Shown here: one piece after another, positions 8,485 to 17,074 of the stretch
How positions within the stretch are numbered: position 1 is the first letter of the stretch
Layout: every line of letters starts with the position of its first letter
Assembly (NCBI GenBank): GCA_963705375.1
Contig: OY970071.1
Span: 240,001 to 272,000, forward strand
DNA: 32,000 nt
Origin: Candidatus Saccharimonadota bacterium
GTDB taxonomy: Archaea; Micrarchaeota; Micrarchaeia; Micrarchaeales; Micrarchaeaceae
Reading direction: 5' to 3'
The notes under the pieces: generated by a model
Databases searched by the model: none
What the model was told of the DNA's origin: nothing
The model's input: only the letters and a program-made list of their open reading frames with translations
Program-made: the position numbers and the translations under genes

Positions 8485-9507
8485 ATGCCATCAGCAGAAA
8501 AAACAGCAATATATAGAACAGAAGCGACTGTGTCGAGTGTAGATGAGCTCACCAGCTTGCCGCTGAGCGTGATTAAAGCTACGATCAAGGAAGATGAAGA
8601 CACCATGCATGACGAGAGAGTATTCGTAAGGCACATGAACGACTACTGCAGATTCGAAGAGGATACCAAAGTAGGTGGATTTGTTGAGGATTCGGCCATC
8701 GTAGGGGATAGGGCATATATCGGCGCAGACTGCCTGGTATTAAATATGGCCCAAGTACGAGACTACGCCAGAATAAGAGGAGGCACTTGGATCTACGAAA
8801 ATGCGATCTTATACGACAATGCCCAGGCCTATTACGGTTCTATGGTTTTCGGGAACTCTTTTATATACGAAAATGCGCTTGTGGCTAGAGCTTGGGTCGC
8901 CGGACAGACCAAACTTCATGGCAACGTCAGAATCTGCGGCATTGCAGTCCTTGGAGACCTGGACATGAGCATAGATTATGAATTCACAGATGAAAAGCAG
9001 ATATCTAGATACGTAATCCGAACTGAAAAACTCAGAAAAGAGCTTGACCATATAGGCAAGGGCAGCATTAAAAAATGGAAAGAAGAGTGCGAACTCGCCG
9101 TGAAACAACATGAGGAAAAAAGGCTCGAACTCCTCAGGGAACAAGATGAGCAGCCTCAGTTAGCAGCATACACTACAGACAAAGTTAGCGCTAAGCTTGA
9201 ATTCTTATGCAGCAAGTTGCCAATGCAAAAAGCCGAGATTTTGAACGAGCCAAGGATCGTGGGTTATTCTTTAAAAAGAATGTCCGATAGGATAGAGTTC
9301 TTGGAACTGCTCGGAGAGCCCCTACCTGCAACTTTGGATAGCCTTCGTGCAATGTTATCCCCTTCAGATAAAAAGTTCCTAGGGCAATACGAAGCCACAG
9401 AACGTGAAACATCTTTGACGGACCTATTACGCGTCGAGGTGAAGGACCTTTCTGTTGAAAAGGCACTTGACCTACTTAAAAGAGCAAGCGCGGAAAAGAC
9501 AGAGTAG
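8485..9507 (+). CDS. Hypothetical protein: N-terminal left-handed beta-helix repeats, coiled-coil segment, C-terminal mTERF-like helical repeats
   Basis: Five consecutive 18-residue turns (VEDSAIVGDRAYIGADCL / VLNMAQVRDYARIRGGTW / IYENAILYDNAQAYYGSM / VFGNSFIYENALVARAWV / AGQTKLHGNVRICGIAVL). The C-terminus AKLEFLCSKLPMQKAEILNEPRIVGYSLKRMSDRIEFLELLGEP resembles mTERF motifs. Confidence 0.6.
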   Translation: MPSAEKTAIYRTEATVSSVDELTSLPLSVIKATIKEDEDTMHDERVFVRHMNDYCRFEEDTKVGGFVEDSAIVGDRAYIGADCLVLNMAQVRDYARIRGGTWIYENAILYDNAQAYYGSMVFGNSFIYENALVARAWVAGQTKLHGNVRICGIAVLGDLDMSIDYEFTDEKQISRYVIRTEKLRKELDHIGKGSIKKWKEECELAVKQHEEKRLELLREQDEQPQLAAYTTDKVSAKLEFLCSKLPMQKAEILNEPRIVGYSLKRMSDRIEFLELLGEPLPATLDSLRAMLSPSDKKFLGQYEATERETSLTDLLRVEVKDLSVEKALDLLKRASAEKTE

Positions 9508-9569
9508 GCAACGCCTGAATCAGCGTGCGCTCTTAAATGCTGATTTGTCGTCTAAGAATCGGGATGGGC
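9471..9569 (+). repeat. Repeat module R2, overlapping the 3' end of CDS 8485..9507
   Basis: Colinear with R1. Hairpin aatcagc/gctgatt at 9518-9545 carries compensatory changes relative to R1. The module ends in gatgggc (9563-9569). Confidence 0.7.
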
Positions 9570-9794
9570 GGGAGGGACACGCCACCTAAACTCCCATGTA
9601 TTTTCTTCGTTAATTGATATTAAAGATGAAGCTCGGCGAACTATGTGTGCAACGAGCACCTCCGCGCCTGTATGCTTGCAAAACCACGAACTTCCACAAA
9701 CAAACTGCCACAAAACGATTTTTGTCCCAAACTCTCAGAAATAGAAGCAAATAAATATTTGGAAAAAAACAATGTGTGTAGTGATATTACGGAG

Positions 9795-10073
9795 ATGTTT
9801 AAAAAAGATAAAGAAGACAAACCCGATGAGCCAACTGAGCTAGCTACGGCGCTTGGCATGAGAAAGGAAAGCGAAATGGAAGATAACGACGCCATGTCAG
9901 AAGCCGCACACGAGTTATGCATCGCATCTAATGAACTTGCACAGACAATCGAACTGGATAGACACATCCCTGAAGGAGACAAAAAGAAAAAAAGATTGAT
10001 GAAGAATGATGTAGCGGAGTCCTTACAAAACCACAAAACTCAGCAAACAAACTGTAGAAAAACTAACCTATAA
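9795..10073 (+). CDS. Hypothetical small acidic/lysine-rich protein; start uncertain
   Basis: The tracked ORF starts at 9645, but its first 50 codons overlap the repeated upstream module and a TATA box (aaataaatattt, about 9749-9762). ATG 9795 fits a leaderless transcript. Confidence 0.35.
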   Translation: MFKKDKEDKPDEPTELATALGMRKESEMEDNDAMSEAAHELCIASNELAQTIELDRHIPEGDKKKKRLMKNDVAESLQNHKTQQTNCRKTNL

Positions 10074-10085
10074 GTATCTGGATAA

Positions 10086-10634
10086 ATGAAGATGACAACA
10101 CGTGATATGATGCCGGAAAATAGAACGATTGGAAATGGATCATCGTTTAAGGAAGTAAATTGCAACTTCGACGATGTGGCTGTATTCGTGGCCGAAACAG
10201 AGTCGAATTATGACGATTCTATGAGCCTTTTGAAGCAGAACGGCCTGGAACCGCTGACGCATGAGTTAGCACTAGCGCTCGCATCCAGATACTCTGAGCT
10301 TGAGGATCCATTGAAAGGCAAAGAGTTCTATTTGGCCGAAAGACGTTTCAATGAATCCGGATGCCATACTTTTGATGATGGAGGCCAAATTAGTCCAGAT
10401 AAAGTAGGTAAGTTTTTTGGTGCGAACGCAGATATGGAGGAAAAGGTCTGGTGTGAGGGAGGAAAGAATCCATTGAGGTTGAGCGTGCTTACGGACGACG
10501 ACGCCAGTTTACAAAATGCGCGTTTCTCACTCTCTGCGAACTTAGCGCCTCTGGACCGTGTGTCTGTAGTGGTCGGATTTAAAATCTATGAAGAGGATGC
10601 GTCAGATATTGAGGACATGTTAAGAACAACATAA
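10086..10634 (+). CDS. Hypothetical protein
   Basis: 182-aa ORF. The TATA-like ctataagtatctgg at 10069-10082 suggests the true start may be Met at 10107/10110. Confidence 0.5.
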   Translation: MKMTTRDMMPENRTIGNGSSFKEVNCNFDDVAVFVAETESNYDDSMSLLKQNGLEPLTHELALALASRYSELEDPLKGKEFYLAERRFNESGCHTFDDGGQISPDKVGKFFGANADMEEKVWCEGGKNPLRLSVLTDDDASLQNARFSLSANLAPLDRVSVVVGFKIYEEDASDIEDMLRTT

Positions 10635-10762
10635 GAGTGAACTCTTTGTCTTCTGCCCAGGTTTGCATGGAGCAATCCTGCAAACTATAGTTGGGAATTA
10701 AAACTCTTTATAGTATAACTTCGCATCGGCCTACGAGCACCTTAAACTTGGTTCAAGTATTT

Positions 10763-10809
10763 GCAACGCGCGTTTCTGAACGCTAATTAGTCTTCTAAAT
10801 CGGATGGGC
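10763..10809 (+). repeat. Repeat module R3: short copy abutting tRNA-Val
   Basis: gcaacgcg...ctgaa...gtcttctaaatcggatgggcc aligns with the ends of R1 and R2 but lacks the hairpin segment. Confidence 0.55.
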
Positions 10810-10876
10810 CTGAGGAGAATCGAACTCCTAATCTTCACCTTGTGAAGGTGACGTCTTGCCATTCGACCACAAGCCC
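10805..10876 (-). tRNA. tRNA-Val(CAC): tRNA-Val (anticodon CAC), no encoded CCA
   Basis: Manual fold of the minus strand: acceptor GGGCTTG/CAGGCCC (7 bp, one G-T pair), anticodon stem TCACC/GGTGA with loop TTCACAA, T arm AGGAG-TTCGATT-CTCCT, discriminator A. Confidence 0.9.
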
Positions 10877-10915
10877 TGCAATAGTTATTAATAGTGGTGT
10901 ATTTATTATAAATTG

Positions 10916-11443
10916 ATGCGTTTCTACACAGGCAAAGGGGATGGCGGCTACACTCAGATCACCGGATCGCACCGACTCAAGAAGGACGACCCTGTCGTCT
11001 GCGCGCTCGGCGATATAGACGAGCTCAACAGCGCAATCGGCTTCGCATGCGCTAACATCACAGACGAGCATCTGGACGAGATACTCGAAGGCGTGCAGAA
11101 CACTCTTTTCATTGTCGGCGCCACGATCGCATCTGACGGAAAGGACACCAAGGGCAAGAAGCACATCTCTATGAGGTTGAAAGATCTTGAAGAGGCGATT
11201 GAAGAATTAGGGGCAACGCTTCCCACACTAAAGAAGTTTGTGCTGCCGACAGGATCCGTCAGCGCATCGTGCCTTCATCTCTCAAGGACGATATGCAGGA
11301 GGGCGGAACGCTCTTTTGAAGCGTTGAATCATAAGGACAAGACTGTTGGCGCTTATCTTAATCGTCTGTCTTCGTTCCTTTTCGTCGCTGCTCTGTACAT
11401 GAACAGGAAAGAGGGTGTCGAGGAAGTCAATCCCGCTTATTAG
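10916..11443 (+). CDS. PduO/MMAB-type ATP:cob(I)alamin adenosyltransferase
   Basis: N-terminal YTGKGDGGYT ATP-binding motif, LGDIDELNSAIG and FVLPTGS...HLSRTICRRAER are characteristic of the PduO-type ATR family. Confidence 0.85.
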   Translation: MRFYTGKGDGGYTQITGSHRLKKDDPVVCALGDIDELNSAIGFACANITDEHLDEILEGVQNTLFIVGATIASDGKDTKGKKHISMRLKDLEEAIEELGATLPTLKKFVLPTGSVSASCLHLSRTICRRAERSFEALNHKDKTVGAYLNRLSSFLFVAALYMNRKEGVEEVNPAY

Positions 11444-11452
11444 CCGCGCAGA

Positions 11453-11920
11453 TCATACGCTGAAGTACTCCTTGAATTTCTGGGTCGTCTCTATACGCTT
11501 TGTCCTGCCCTTCCTTTGTGCGGTTATGAACTCCTTCTCGGTGAGCTCCTTTATGTGATCGTAAGTTGCGCTGCCGAACGCCTTCACAATGCTGTTCTGC
11601 ATTATCGGCTCGTTCCTGCCTATGTATGCGAGTATGCGCAGTGCCGACTTTGATATCTCAGGAGCGCCTGCAAGCTCGCTCACCTTGCCTGCGTAAGCTG
11701 CCTTGACTGCCAGCGCATACTTGCCGCTGACGTTAACCATCGTAAGGGCGCTAGCGCCGCTCTCGTATTCTTTTATCAGTTCGTCCATCAGCTTCTTGAC
11801 ATAGCCCATTGATGCGACGCCCATCACCTTTGCGATCTCGTCCAGGCTCATCGCCCTTCCCGATACGAAAAGCGCCGCTTCGGCAAGCCTCATGTGCTCC
11901 GACTCTTTCTGATCAGGCAT
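11453..11920 (-). CDS. scpB: Segregation and condensation protein B
   Basis: AEAALFVSGRAMSLDEIAKV and SKSALRILAYIGRNEPIMQNSIVKAFG match the two winged-helix signatures of ScpB. Overlaps scpA by 8 nt. Confidence 0.85.
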   Translation of the reverse strand: MPDQKESEHMRLAEAALFVSGRAMSLDEIAKVMGVASMGYVKKLMDELIKEYESGASALTMVNVSGKYALAVKAAYAGKVSELAGAPEISKSALRILAYIGRNEPIMQNSIVKAFGSATYDHIKELTEKEFITAQRKGRTKRIETTQKFKEYFSV

Positions 11921-12629
11921 TCTCTCCCTCTGTAAGTTTTATGAATATATCGTCAAAGAAAATCTCCTGCATCACAGCGACAGTCCGCCTGTGAGCAAGG
12001 AAGAGCATCGGCACGAACAGATCTATCACAACCGACGTGATTGAGTCGTACCTTTTCGATATCTGCGAGAAGCTCACCATGCCTTCCTTGTCCGCGTTGC
12101 TCTTTATCAGCATGTATGCAGCGGATATCTTTTCATCTATATCGTCTTTTACAACTGGAAACGTCAAAGGCATTGTTCGCTCGCTCACTACGTGTGCCCT
12201 CTTCTCGGTTATCTTCATCGCGTCGTTCAGCGCGTCCATCAGTTCTTGAAGCGTCACTTTCCGTCCAGGCTGGAGCCTGTTTCTTGGCACAAGCGCCTCG
12301 ACTTCCGGAATGATGCGGTCCATATGCACCACGTCATCAACGATCTCTTGCGGCACTTCGAATACGCTGAGGCTTTCGCTTTTCATGCGCAGCAGTATAG
12401 AAGCGGCAAGCATTATGTTCGCGGGCACGTGAAGGTCTAGAACGCGCATCTGCTTGACCACGGATATGTAGCCGTCAACAATCTTTGCGAGGTCTATCGC
12501 CCACGGGTCTATTCTCTCCTTTTCTACAAGCTCCATCAGCAGCTCACGCCATGTCGCGTTCTTCACAAGTTCCTCTAGGCTGAACTCTGCGAGTGTCTTC
12601 TGTTCTGTAGTAGTCTGGATTGCTGCCAC
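11913..12629 (-). CDS. scpA: Segregation and condensation protein A (kleisin)
   Basis: ERIDPWAIDLAKIVDGY...ANIMLAASILLRMKS is the typical ScpA N-terminal motif. Sits in an operon with scpB. Confidence 0.85.
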   Translation of the reverse strand: MAAIQTTTEQKTLAEFSLEELVKNATWRELLMELVEKERIDPWAIDLAKIVDGYISVVKQMRVLDLHVPANIMLAASILLRMKSESLSVFEVPQEIVDDVVHMDRIIPEVEALVPRNRLQPGRKVTLQELMDALNDAMKITEKRAHVVSERTMPLTFPVVKDDIDEKISAAYMLIKSNADKEGMVSFSQISKRYDSITSVVIDLFVPMLFLAHRRTVAVMQEIFFDDIFIKLTEGENA

Positions 12630-12880
12630 TTAGATACCTGGTCGGATATCAAGGAGATTTACGACAAGCGCATATAAATAGCTTGTGTGGATGAAGGACG
12701 CCCGTCTGTTTCTCAGGCACTTTTGCATGTGGCATGTGCAGCAATAGCGGTGCCGTTCGGTATATCGTTATCGGCCAGCAGGCAGTTGCGCTTGCACAGG
12801 CATTGCGTGCCGAAGTCTGGAAGTCTGCTTTCCTGTATCGCGTCATAGTCTACGCGCAATATCCTCAACAAATAAAAAAC

Positions 12881-12893
12881 TATATATATCTGG
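12881..12893 (+). promoter_or_regulatory. Putative TATA box (tatatatatctgg) for the CDS at 12926
   Basis: A/T-rich box preceded by an A-rich BRE-like aaataaaaaac. Same TATATCTG core as the boxes at 406 and 6583. Confidence 0.4.
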
Positions 12894-12925
12894 AGGCCAG
12901 ACGCCTATCCTGCGTGCAATGCATA

Positions 12926-13486
12926 ATGCACGCAATAGTGATACCGATGAAAACAAAAGATATTAAGCAGGGCGAAAGAACTGAGCAACTTGACATAAAC
13001 AACATTACCGGGTCAATTGAGCAGTTATTTGGCATGATTCGCAAGGGTCCTGAGAAACTTGAAGAAGTGAAGACGGGTATTCTAAGCGAGTTTGCCGAGG
13101 ACGGCGATACGACACAAGAAGACATACTGGCAGCATCAAAGATTATCGATGCGGCTAACGCCGCAATTGCTGTTTTTTCTAAAAGGGGAAGCGCACAAGA
13201 AGCATATGATGCACTCATAGGCAAACTTGGCAGTCCTTTGGAAGAATCTGAACCTGCCGAGGGACAACGCTATGTGAGTTATGCGGAGCAAATCGGTTTC
13301 GCAGCCGGAATTGCGCTAGCGTTTTTCGAGCCGCGCAAAAGCAACAGTGCAGACACCGACATCGAAATGAGCGCACTGAGAAGGGCATTTGTGGACTACT
13401 GTATCGAAGAGACGCCTAGGCGATTCAGCGGCATGACGGTGGATCCCGAAGCTATTGTCGAAGAGCACCGCAATTCTCCAGATTAA
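12926..13486 (+). CDS. Hypothetical protein
   Basis: The tracked ORF begins at 12734 but runs through the promoter. ATG 12926 (or 12947) is the first start downstream of the TATA box. Confidence 0.5.
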   Translation: MHAIVIPMKTKDIKQGERTEQLDINNITGSIEQLFGMIRKGPEKLEEVKTGILSEFAEDGDTTQEDILAASKIIDAANAAIAVFSKRGSAQEAYDALIGKLGSPLEESEPAEGQRYVSYAEQIGFAAGIALAFFEPRKSNSADTDIEMSALRRAFVDYCIEETPRRFSGMTVDPEAIVEEHRNSPD

Positions 13487-13530
13487 TTGCAGCATTTGCC
13501 TGTCCGGAATCCTGCATCATCTGTGATAAA

Positions 13531-13887
13531 ATGCCCAAGCATCCACACCATAAAGAAACTAGGGTCAACAATGGCCCGGAGGATGGCATCGAAAGAACTG
13601 CCAGGAGAGATGATCCAGTAAGCACCAACAAATGTCCGGATTGCAATTACCGTTTGGAGGCACATGCAGAGATCTCTGCGCCTTTGTCACATGCAGTGCC
13701 AAGAGCTGGCGACGTATCCATATGTTTTAGTTGCGGCTGCCTTCTCCGTTTCGACAGCCCCGAAGACATGCATAAACTTACTGGAGAGGAGTTCAGGGCG
13801 CTGCCTATCGATCTTCAAATACACATCCTGTTTATCCGCGATCAGCTGAGAATACTCAATATGCGGCGCCATGAAACAGAGAACTAG
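13531..13887 (+). CDS. Hypothetical zinc-ribbon protein
   Basis: CPDC...x34...CFSCGC four-cysteine arrangement. Lies 45 nt downstream of the preceding CDS. Confidence 0.45.
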   Translation: MPKHPHHKETRVNNGPEDGIERTARRDDPVSTNKCPDCNYRLEAHAEISAPLSHAVPRAGDVSICFSCGCLLRFDSPEDMHKLTGEEFRALPIDLQIHILFIRDQLRILNMRRHETEN

Positions 13888-14008
13888 AATTGATTTAGTC
13901 ACATGACGCGAGTCATTCTTGACAGGCCATGCCAGCGCATGTCTGGCGATAAACACTCTTAACAGCAAAAGCTAAATACCAGAATAATCTGACACGGAGT
14001 GTGGTAAC

Positions 14009-14200
14009 ATGAGCCGAGAAAAGACAAAAATAGAAGAAGGCGATGCGGAGCCGCGGTGTAGAATTCATGTGGACCGCGAACTGGACATGCAACCGGTATC
14101 TACAAACACTGTCAGCTCAGACTCGGCATGGAAGGAGAACCATGACAGGGCAGTGAAGGCCATGGAAATGCTGAGGAACCAGCAGGACAAGCAAGAGTAG
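14009..14200 (+). CDS. Hypothetical small protein
   Basis: 63-aa ORF with TATA-like aagctaaatacc about 30 nt upstream. Confidence 0.3.
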   Translation: MSREKTKIEEGDAEPRCRIHVDRELDMQPVSTNTVSSDSAWKENHDRAVKAMEMLRNQQDKQE

Positions 14201-14357
14201 ATATCCTGTGAGTGCACCTTCCTTTTGGAAGGGCGACATGGCAGTAGGGCGCCTGACAACACACACCGCAAAGAACCATCTCCAAAATATCCAAGCCAGT
14301 CCCACAAAGGCACCCTGCCACCATGGCACTACATGCCTAAACACGTGGTATTCTGCG

Positions 14358-15398
14358 CTAGCGTTTTTCTCCTGCAGGCGCTCTGAGGTATTCTTCTATC
14401 AATTTGACGTCTTTCAGGTCTTTTTCTTTATGAGACGATCTTTTCCATACCAGAACTTCATCAAGCAAAACTACAGGCACACCGTCAATCATCTCTGCCT
14501 CTTCGACTAGCTTCTTTATGTCGGGCCTGTACTGTCCGCACCACCAATCCACATACAGCTCGATGTTGCCTTTGACAAGTATATTGGTGCCGTCTTGCAA
14601 TGCTTTCTCTTTCCATCCGGATTGTGTTTTCAGCCTATCGTACAGTTCCGGCAAGACTACTACGTCTATGTCCCTGCAGTCCCTAATCCCATGTGCAGCC
14701 AGAGGCACGGAGCCGAACAGGGCATACTCGCCCAATGGCAGATTCAGGACTCTTACAATTTCAAGTATCTCGTTAAATTTCATGGGCACTTCAGCAGCCT
14801 CTTCCACGAAACGGCTCCAGTTCCGTATCGTGCATCGCCCGAAACCAGATACTTCCGAAAGCCGGTCTTCTGTCTTGTGCTCTTCGGCACACGTTGCGGC
14901 GATGTAGACCGCTGCGGCTGCCGCGACATTCGGCTTCCCAAGAAGGCGCGTGCGCATCGGCTTTAGCCGCATCGCATTTGCAAGAAGCTGCATCGCGGGC
15001 TTGGTGACCTCATCTCCGAGCCCTAACGCGTTCGCATAACTAGCTACATAGTGCGCTTGCAGCACTTCCGAACAAGTATCGAATATCTCGCTTTTAGCAA
15101 CGCCTGATGCGCTTTCCAGCTCATTGAGTATCCTTAGTCTTTCGGCCGGTTCCATCTCTCCACACGAAGCAAAAAGCACTGCCTGTATAATCAACTCTGC
15201 ATTCTTTCCTTCGATTAATCCGAGCTCCACGCACTCCCTATACGTGCTTTCTGCATTCTTTATGACGTCTTCAGAAAGTTCAAGCGCTCTTGACATTGCA
15301 CTTATACGCTCAGACGGATTTGCCTGCTCTGTCCTAAGTATGTCCTTTGCTATCCGTCCTTTTGTTGCAGTTTCCCTATTCTTCTCTGCGCGGGGCAC
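14358..15398 (-). CDS. TFB/TFIIB-like cyclin-core protein fused to a nucleotidyltransferase (Pol-beta superfamily) domain
   Basis: Two cyclin-type repeats: IKNAESTYRECVELGLIEGKNAELIIQAVLFASC and GKPNVAAAAAVYIAATCAEEHKTEDRLSEVSGFGRCTIRNWSRFVEE (compare TFB GK.P..AAAAIYIA...TQ.EVA...GVTEVTIRNRYKEL). No N-terminal CxxC Zn ribbon. C-terminal FGSVPLAAHGIRDCRDIDVVV is the G-S...DxD NTase motif. GTG start with a TATA box about 30 nt upstream. Confidence 0.75.
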   Translation of the reverse strand: MPRAEKNRETATKGRIAKDILRTEQANPSERISAMSRALELSEDVIKNAESTYRECVELGLIEGKNAELIIQAVLFASCGEMEPAERLRILNELESASGVAKSEIFDTCSEVLQAHYVASYANALGLGDEVTKPAMQLLANAMRLKPMRTRLLGKPNVAAAAAVYIAATCAEEHKTEDRLSEVSGFGRCTIRNWSRFVEEAAEVPMKFNEILEIVRVLNLPLGEYALFGSVPLAAHGIRDCRDIDVVVLPELYDRLKTQSGWKEKALQDGTNILVKGNIELYVDWWCGQYRPDIKKLVEEAEMIDGVPVVLLDEVLVWKRSSHKEKDLKDVKLIEEYLRAPAGEKR

Positions 15399-15471
15399 CT
15401 TATCACAAGTACGGCTCGGCCTTCCTCATATTTATTTGTGCCGTTTGGTCGTTGCAGAACAGGACAATACT

Positions 15472-16389
15472 TCAGTACATCTGCTCGAGACGCTTTATCC
15501 TGTCGTCTATCGGCGGGTGTGTCGAGAAGAGACCGGAGAAGCCGCCCTTGAGAGGATTCGAGAAGTACAGACTCGAGGTTATGTCGTTCGCATGCATGAC
15601 AGACTGCGACTGCGGATTGCTTGTGTAGTCGCGTATGTTCTTCAGCGCACCTGCAAGAGCGTGCGGATCCCTTATCAGCCGTGCCCCGTTCGCGTCCGCC
15701 ATATACTCTCTTCTTCTTGAGATGGCGAGCCTGAGAAGCAGCGCGAATAGCGGAGCCAAGATGCCTATGAGCAGCGCAATCACTATGAAGATGTCGCCAT
15801 TGTCCCTTCGTCCATTTCCACCTCCAGCCCTGAATCCTCCGAACAGCACGCTGTTCCTTATCAGGCCTGCGATCAGACCTATCGCACCCGCGAACGCTAC
15901 CGCTACAAGCATGTACAGTATGTCGTTGTCTGCAACATGGGACAGCTCATGCGCGAGCACGCCCTGAAGCTCACGCTTGTCCATCATTGAGAGAAGGCCT
16001 GTTGTCACAGCGACATACGCATGGTTCCGGTCCCTTCCGGTCGCGAAAGCATTCGGGTTCGGATCGTTTATTATGTAAACTCCAGGAGCCTTCACCTGTA
16101 TCGCGCTTGAAAGCCCTTCAACAACATCATACAGATAGTGGTACTGTTTGGGATCTGCCTTCTGAGCTCTTGAGATCGCGAGCACCATCTTGCCGCCCAT
16201 GAAATATGCGAACAATGCATACACGACTATAAGCACCGCACCGATGATCATGCCGCTTACTGGGTCAGCACCAATGAAGAGCGAGAAAAGCAGTATGACA
16301 AAGGTAAACAGTGCAAAGAACACCAGGAAGAGCAGCACCGACTTGAGCCTGTTCTTCGCTATTTCATCGAAAAAGCTTGCCATGAGCAT
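15472..16389 (-). CDS. htpX: HtpX-family M48 zinc metalloprotease
   Basis: HELSHV zinc-binding motif, four hydrophobic segments and a typical HtpX C-terminus (FSTHPPIDDRIKRL). Confidence 0.9.
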   Translation of the reverse strand: MLMASFFDEIAKNRLKSVLLFLVFFALFTFVILLFSLFIGADPVSGMIIGAVLIVVYALFAYFMGGKMVLAISRAQKADPKQYHYLYDVVEGLSSAIQVKAPGVYIINDPNPNAFATGRDRNHAYVAVTTGLLSMMDKRELQGVLAHELSHVADNDILYMLVAVAFAGAIGLIAGLIRNSVLFGGFRAGGGNGRRDNGDIFIVIALLIGILAPLFALLLRLAISRRREYMADANGARLIRDPHALAGALKNIRDYTSNPQSQSVMHANDITSSLYFSNPLKGGFSGLFSTHPPIDDRIKRLEQMY

Positions 16390-16432
16390 ATACCCTTTGC
16401 CATTTGCTGTCCTGCCGGTGTTTCCTTAGGGA

Positions 16433-17074
16433 CTACGCGGCACCTTTCTTGCCCTTGCCTTTCTGTGGTGCGCCAGCATCTCCGGACATGTCTCCAAAGT
16501 CAACCTTTACGGGCTGCTTCTCAGCTTCTGAGGCCACCTTGAAGTAGTCGTCAGGCTTGAAGCCAAACATGCTCGCGAAAATGTTGCCGGGGAACTGCTG
16601 CAGCGCGTTGTTGTAATCAAGTACGTAATCGTTGTAAGAGGTCCTGACATAGGATATCTTGTCCTCAGTGCCTTCCAGCTGATCCTGCAGCTCCTTGAAG
16701 TTTGCAGACGCCTTGAGGTCAGGATAGCTCTCAGCCACGGCGAATATCGACTTGAGCGACTTGGTGAGCTGGTCGTTGGCCTTGAGTTTCTCATCGGCAG
16801 TGCCGGTGACTATCGAGGCCCTTAGCTTTGTGACTTCGGTGAGCACGCTCTTCTCGTACTTTGCATAGCCCTTCACAGTCTCTATCAGGTTCGGGATCAG
16901 GTCGTACCTCCTCTTGAGCTGCACGTCTATCTGAGACCATGCGTCCTGCACTCTGTTCCTCTTTGAGACGAGCCCGTTGTAGCTGAGAATGACAATGACA
17001 AGCAGCAGCACTATTATTGCCAGCAATGCCGTTGCGAGGCCTCCGAGATCCAGCAGAACAATTAAGGGCATCAT
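16433..17074 (-). CDS. lemA: LemA family protein
   Basis: N-terminal TM helix followed by YNGLVSKRNRVQDAWSQIDVQLKRRYDLIPNL, the LemA signature. Sits immediately upstream of htpX, the usual pairing. Confidence 0.9.
   Translation of the reverse strand: MMPLIVLLDLGGLATALLAIIVLLLVIVILSYNGLVSKRNRVQDAWSQIDVQLKRRYDLIPNLIETVKGYAKYEKSVLTEVTKLRASIVTGTADEKLKANDQLTKSLKSIFAVAESYPDLKASANFKELQDQLEGTEDKISYVRTSYNDYVLDYNNALQQFPGNIFASMFGFKPDDYFKVASEAEKQPVKVDFGDMSGDAGAPQKGKGKKGAA

Noticed and set aside
9561-9592. gggatgggcgggagggacacgccacctaaactccc as a degenerate tRNA fragment extending beyond the 7-nt gatgggc match
   Set aside because: Only a loose gggag...ctccc pairing with an oversized loop. The similarity to the tRNA-Val T arm is too weak to claim by eye.
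8236-10809. Repeat modules as integron attC sites
   Set aside because: The hairpins lack the R''/R' (RYYYAAC/GTTRRRY) core pairs. The cassettes carry their own promoters, and no IntI-like integrase is present in the window.
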